Of a stretch of 49,481 nt of DNA, positions 48,745 to 49,481 are shown piece after piece (the first letter of the stretch is position 1; each line of letters opens with the position of its first letter). Origin of the DNA: Candidatus Helarchaeota archaeon. Lineage in GTDB: Archaea > Asgardarchaeota > Lokiarchaeia > Helarchaeales > RDOG01. The notes beneath the pieces were generated by a model. That model did not search any database. It was given only the letters and a program-made list of their open reading frames with translations, and was not told the origin of the DNA. A program made the translations under genes and the position numbers. The stretch lies in contig JALGVI010000033.1 in the NCBI GenBank assembly GCA_029838215.1, positions 1 to 49,481 of the forward strand, read 5' to 3'.

Positions 48745-49481
48745 TTATATTCTTCCTTCATTTTCTTTATCAAAGTCATTGTTTCATCGATGCATTTTGG
48801 AACTTGGTCAATTTTTATTCCTTCTTTCTTTAGGCGTTTATACAACCGGATGGTAAAGGGAATGTTAATCCCAATGTCCACCAAGTCATCTTTCAACAAG
48901 ATTTCTCGTGGATTCCCATCGTAAATCAGGTCTCCATCATTCATCACGAGAATTCGCGTGATATATGGTAAGAGCAAGTCAAGCCGATGTTCCACGACGA
49001 TTATGGTCAGGGAATATTTTTGATTTAAATCATGAAGAATTTGAAAAATCTTGCAGGTAACGCTCGGATCAAGATTTGAACTCGGTTCATCCAAACAGAT
49101 CATTAGAGGATTAAATATGAGCACTGATCCAATGGCAACCAATTGTTGCTGGCCTCCTGATAAATCTTGAGGAGCGTGATCTTTAAGAGAATTTAATTTC
49201 AGTAACTCCATTATTTCATGAATTTTAGCCTGCATCTCCGCTTGAGGCGTTCCCAAATTTTCCAGACCAAATGCCAATTCTTTTTCAACTGTAAAAGAAA
49301 TTAGCTGATCATCAGGATTTTGGAATACTAAACCCACGCTAGGAGCTACTTCAAACACGCTAACGTTCTTTGTATCCATACCATTGACCAGAACAGCCCC
49401 CGAGATATATCCAGGATGATGATGAGGAATCAATCCATTGAAACATTTAAGAAGCGTGCTCTTGCCGCACCCTGTAGGACC
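48741..49481 (-). CDS. ecfA: ECF transporter ATPase, 5' end outside the window
   Basis: Frame stays open to the window edge with GPTGCGKST Walker A; FQNPDDQ, LSGGQQ, LDEPS, VEHR. Confidence 0.9.
   Translation of the reverse strand, partial: GPTGCGKSTLLKCFNGLIPHHHPGYISGAVLVNGMDTKNVSVFEVAPSVGLVFQNPDDQLISFTVEKELAFGLENLGTPQAEMQAKIHEIMELLKLNSLKDHAPQDLSGGQQQLVAIGSVLIFNPLMICLDEPSSNLDPSVTCKIFQILHDLNQKYSLTIIVVEHRLDLLLPYITRILVMNDGDLIYDGNPREILLKDDLVDIGINIPFTIRLYKRLKKEGIKIDQVPKCIDETMTLIKKMKEEYK

Noticed and set aside
53-48924. Most 60-155 aa track ORFs overlapping larger genes (e.g. 364..777, 8005..8511, 25657..26124, 44486..44950)
   Set aside because: Antisense or alternate-frame shadows of well-supported genes, with no motifs.
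1-49481. CRISPR array, rRNA gene, transposase or integrase
   Set aside because: No regularly spaced short repeats, long rRNA-like segment or DDE/tyrosine-recombinase motifs were seen.

Overview
A chromosomal segment of an archaeon, very probably an Asgard archaeon. This is inferred from co-occurring eukaryotic-signature-like genes: a longin/uDENN-Rab-like GTPase fusion, two Bet3/V4R-fold proteins, a 7TM-longin protein and an RPB5-like Rpo5 with an N-terminal jaw domain. Housekeeping content: flavin genes (nitroreductase, ribL, ribK), endonuclease V, SepRS, a four-subunit 2-oxoacid:ferredoxin oxidoreductase operon, a complete trpDCFBAEG operon, a GH20 hexosaminidase, an ArsA/Get3 ATPase, tRNA-Leu(GAG), ugd, rpo5, rps2, dnaG, tyrS and ECF transporter genes. 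Accessory content: a tandem array of four membrane bPH_2 genes, a PIN toxin-antitoxin pair between ~180-bp direct repeats, and an AT-rich orphan papain-like protein. The strongest unannotated signal is a short ORF ending in W-P-W-C-W, followed by a long U-tract, directly upstream of trpD. It looks like a tryptophan-sensing leader/attenuator in an archaeon. Other signals outside the ORF track are a 32-nt D-loop insert in the tRNA, a structured rps2 5' leader and two small ORFs below the track cutoff. Family calls come from motif recognition by eye; no searches were run.
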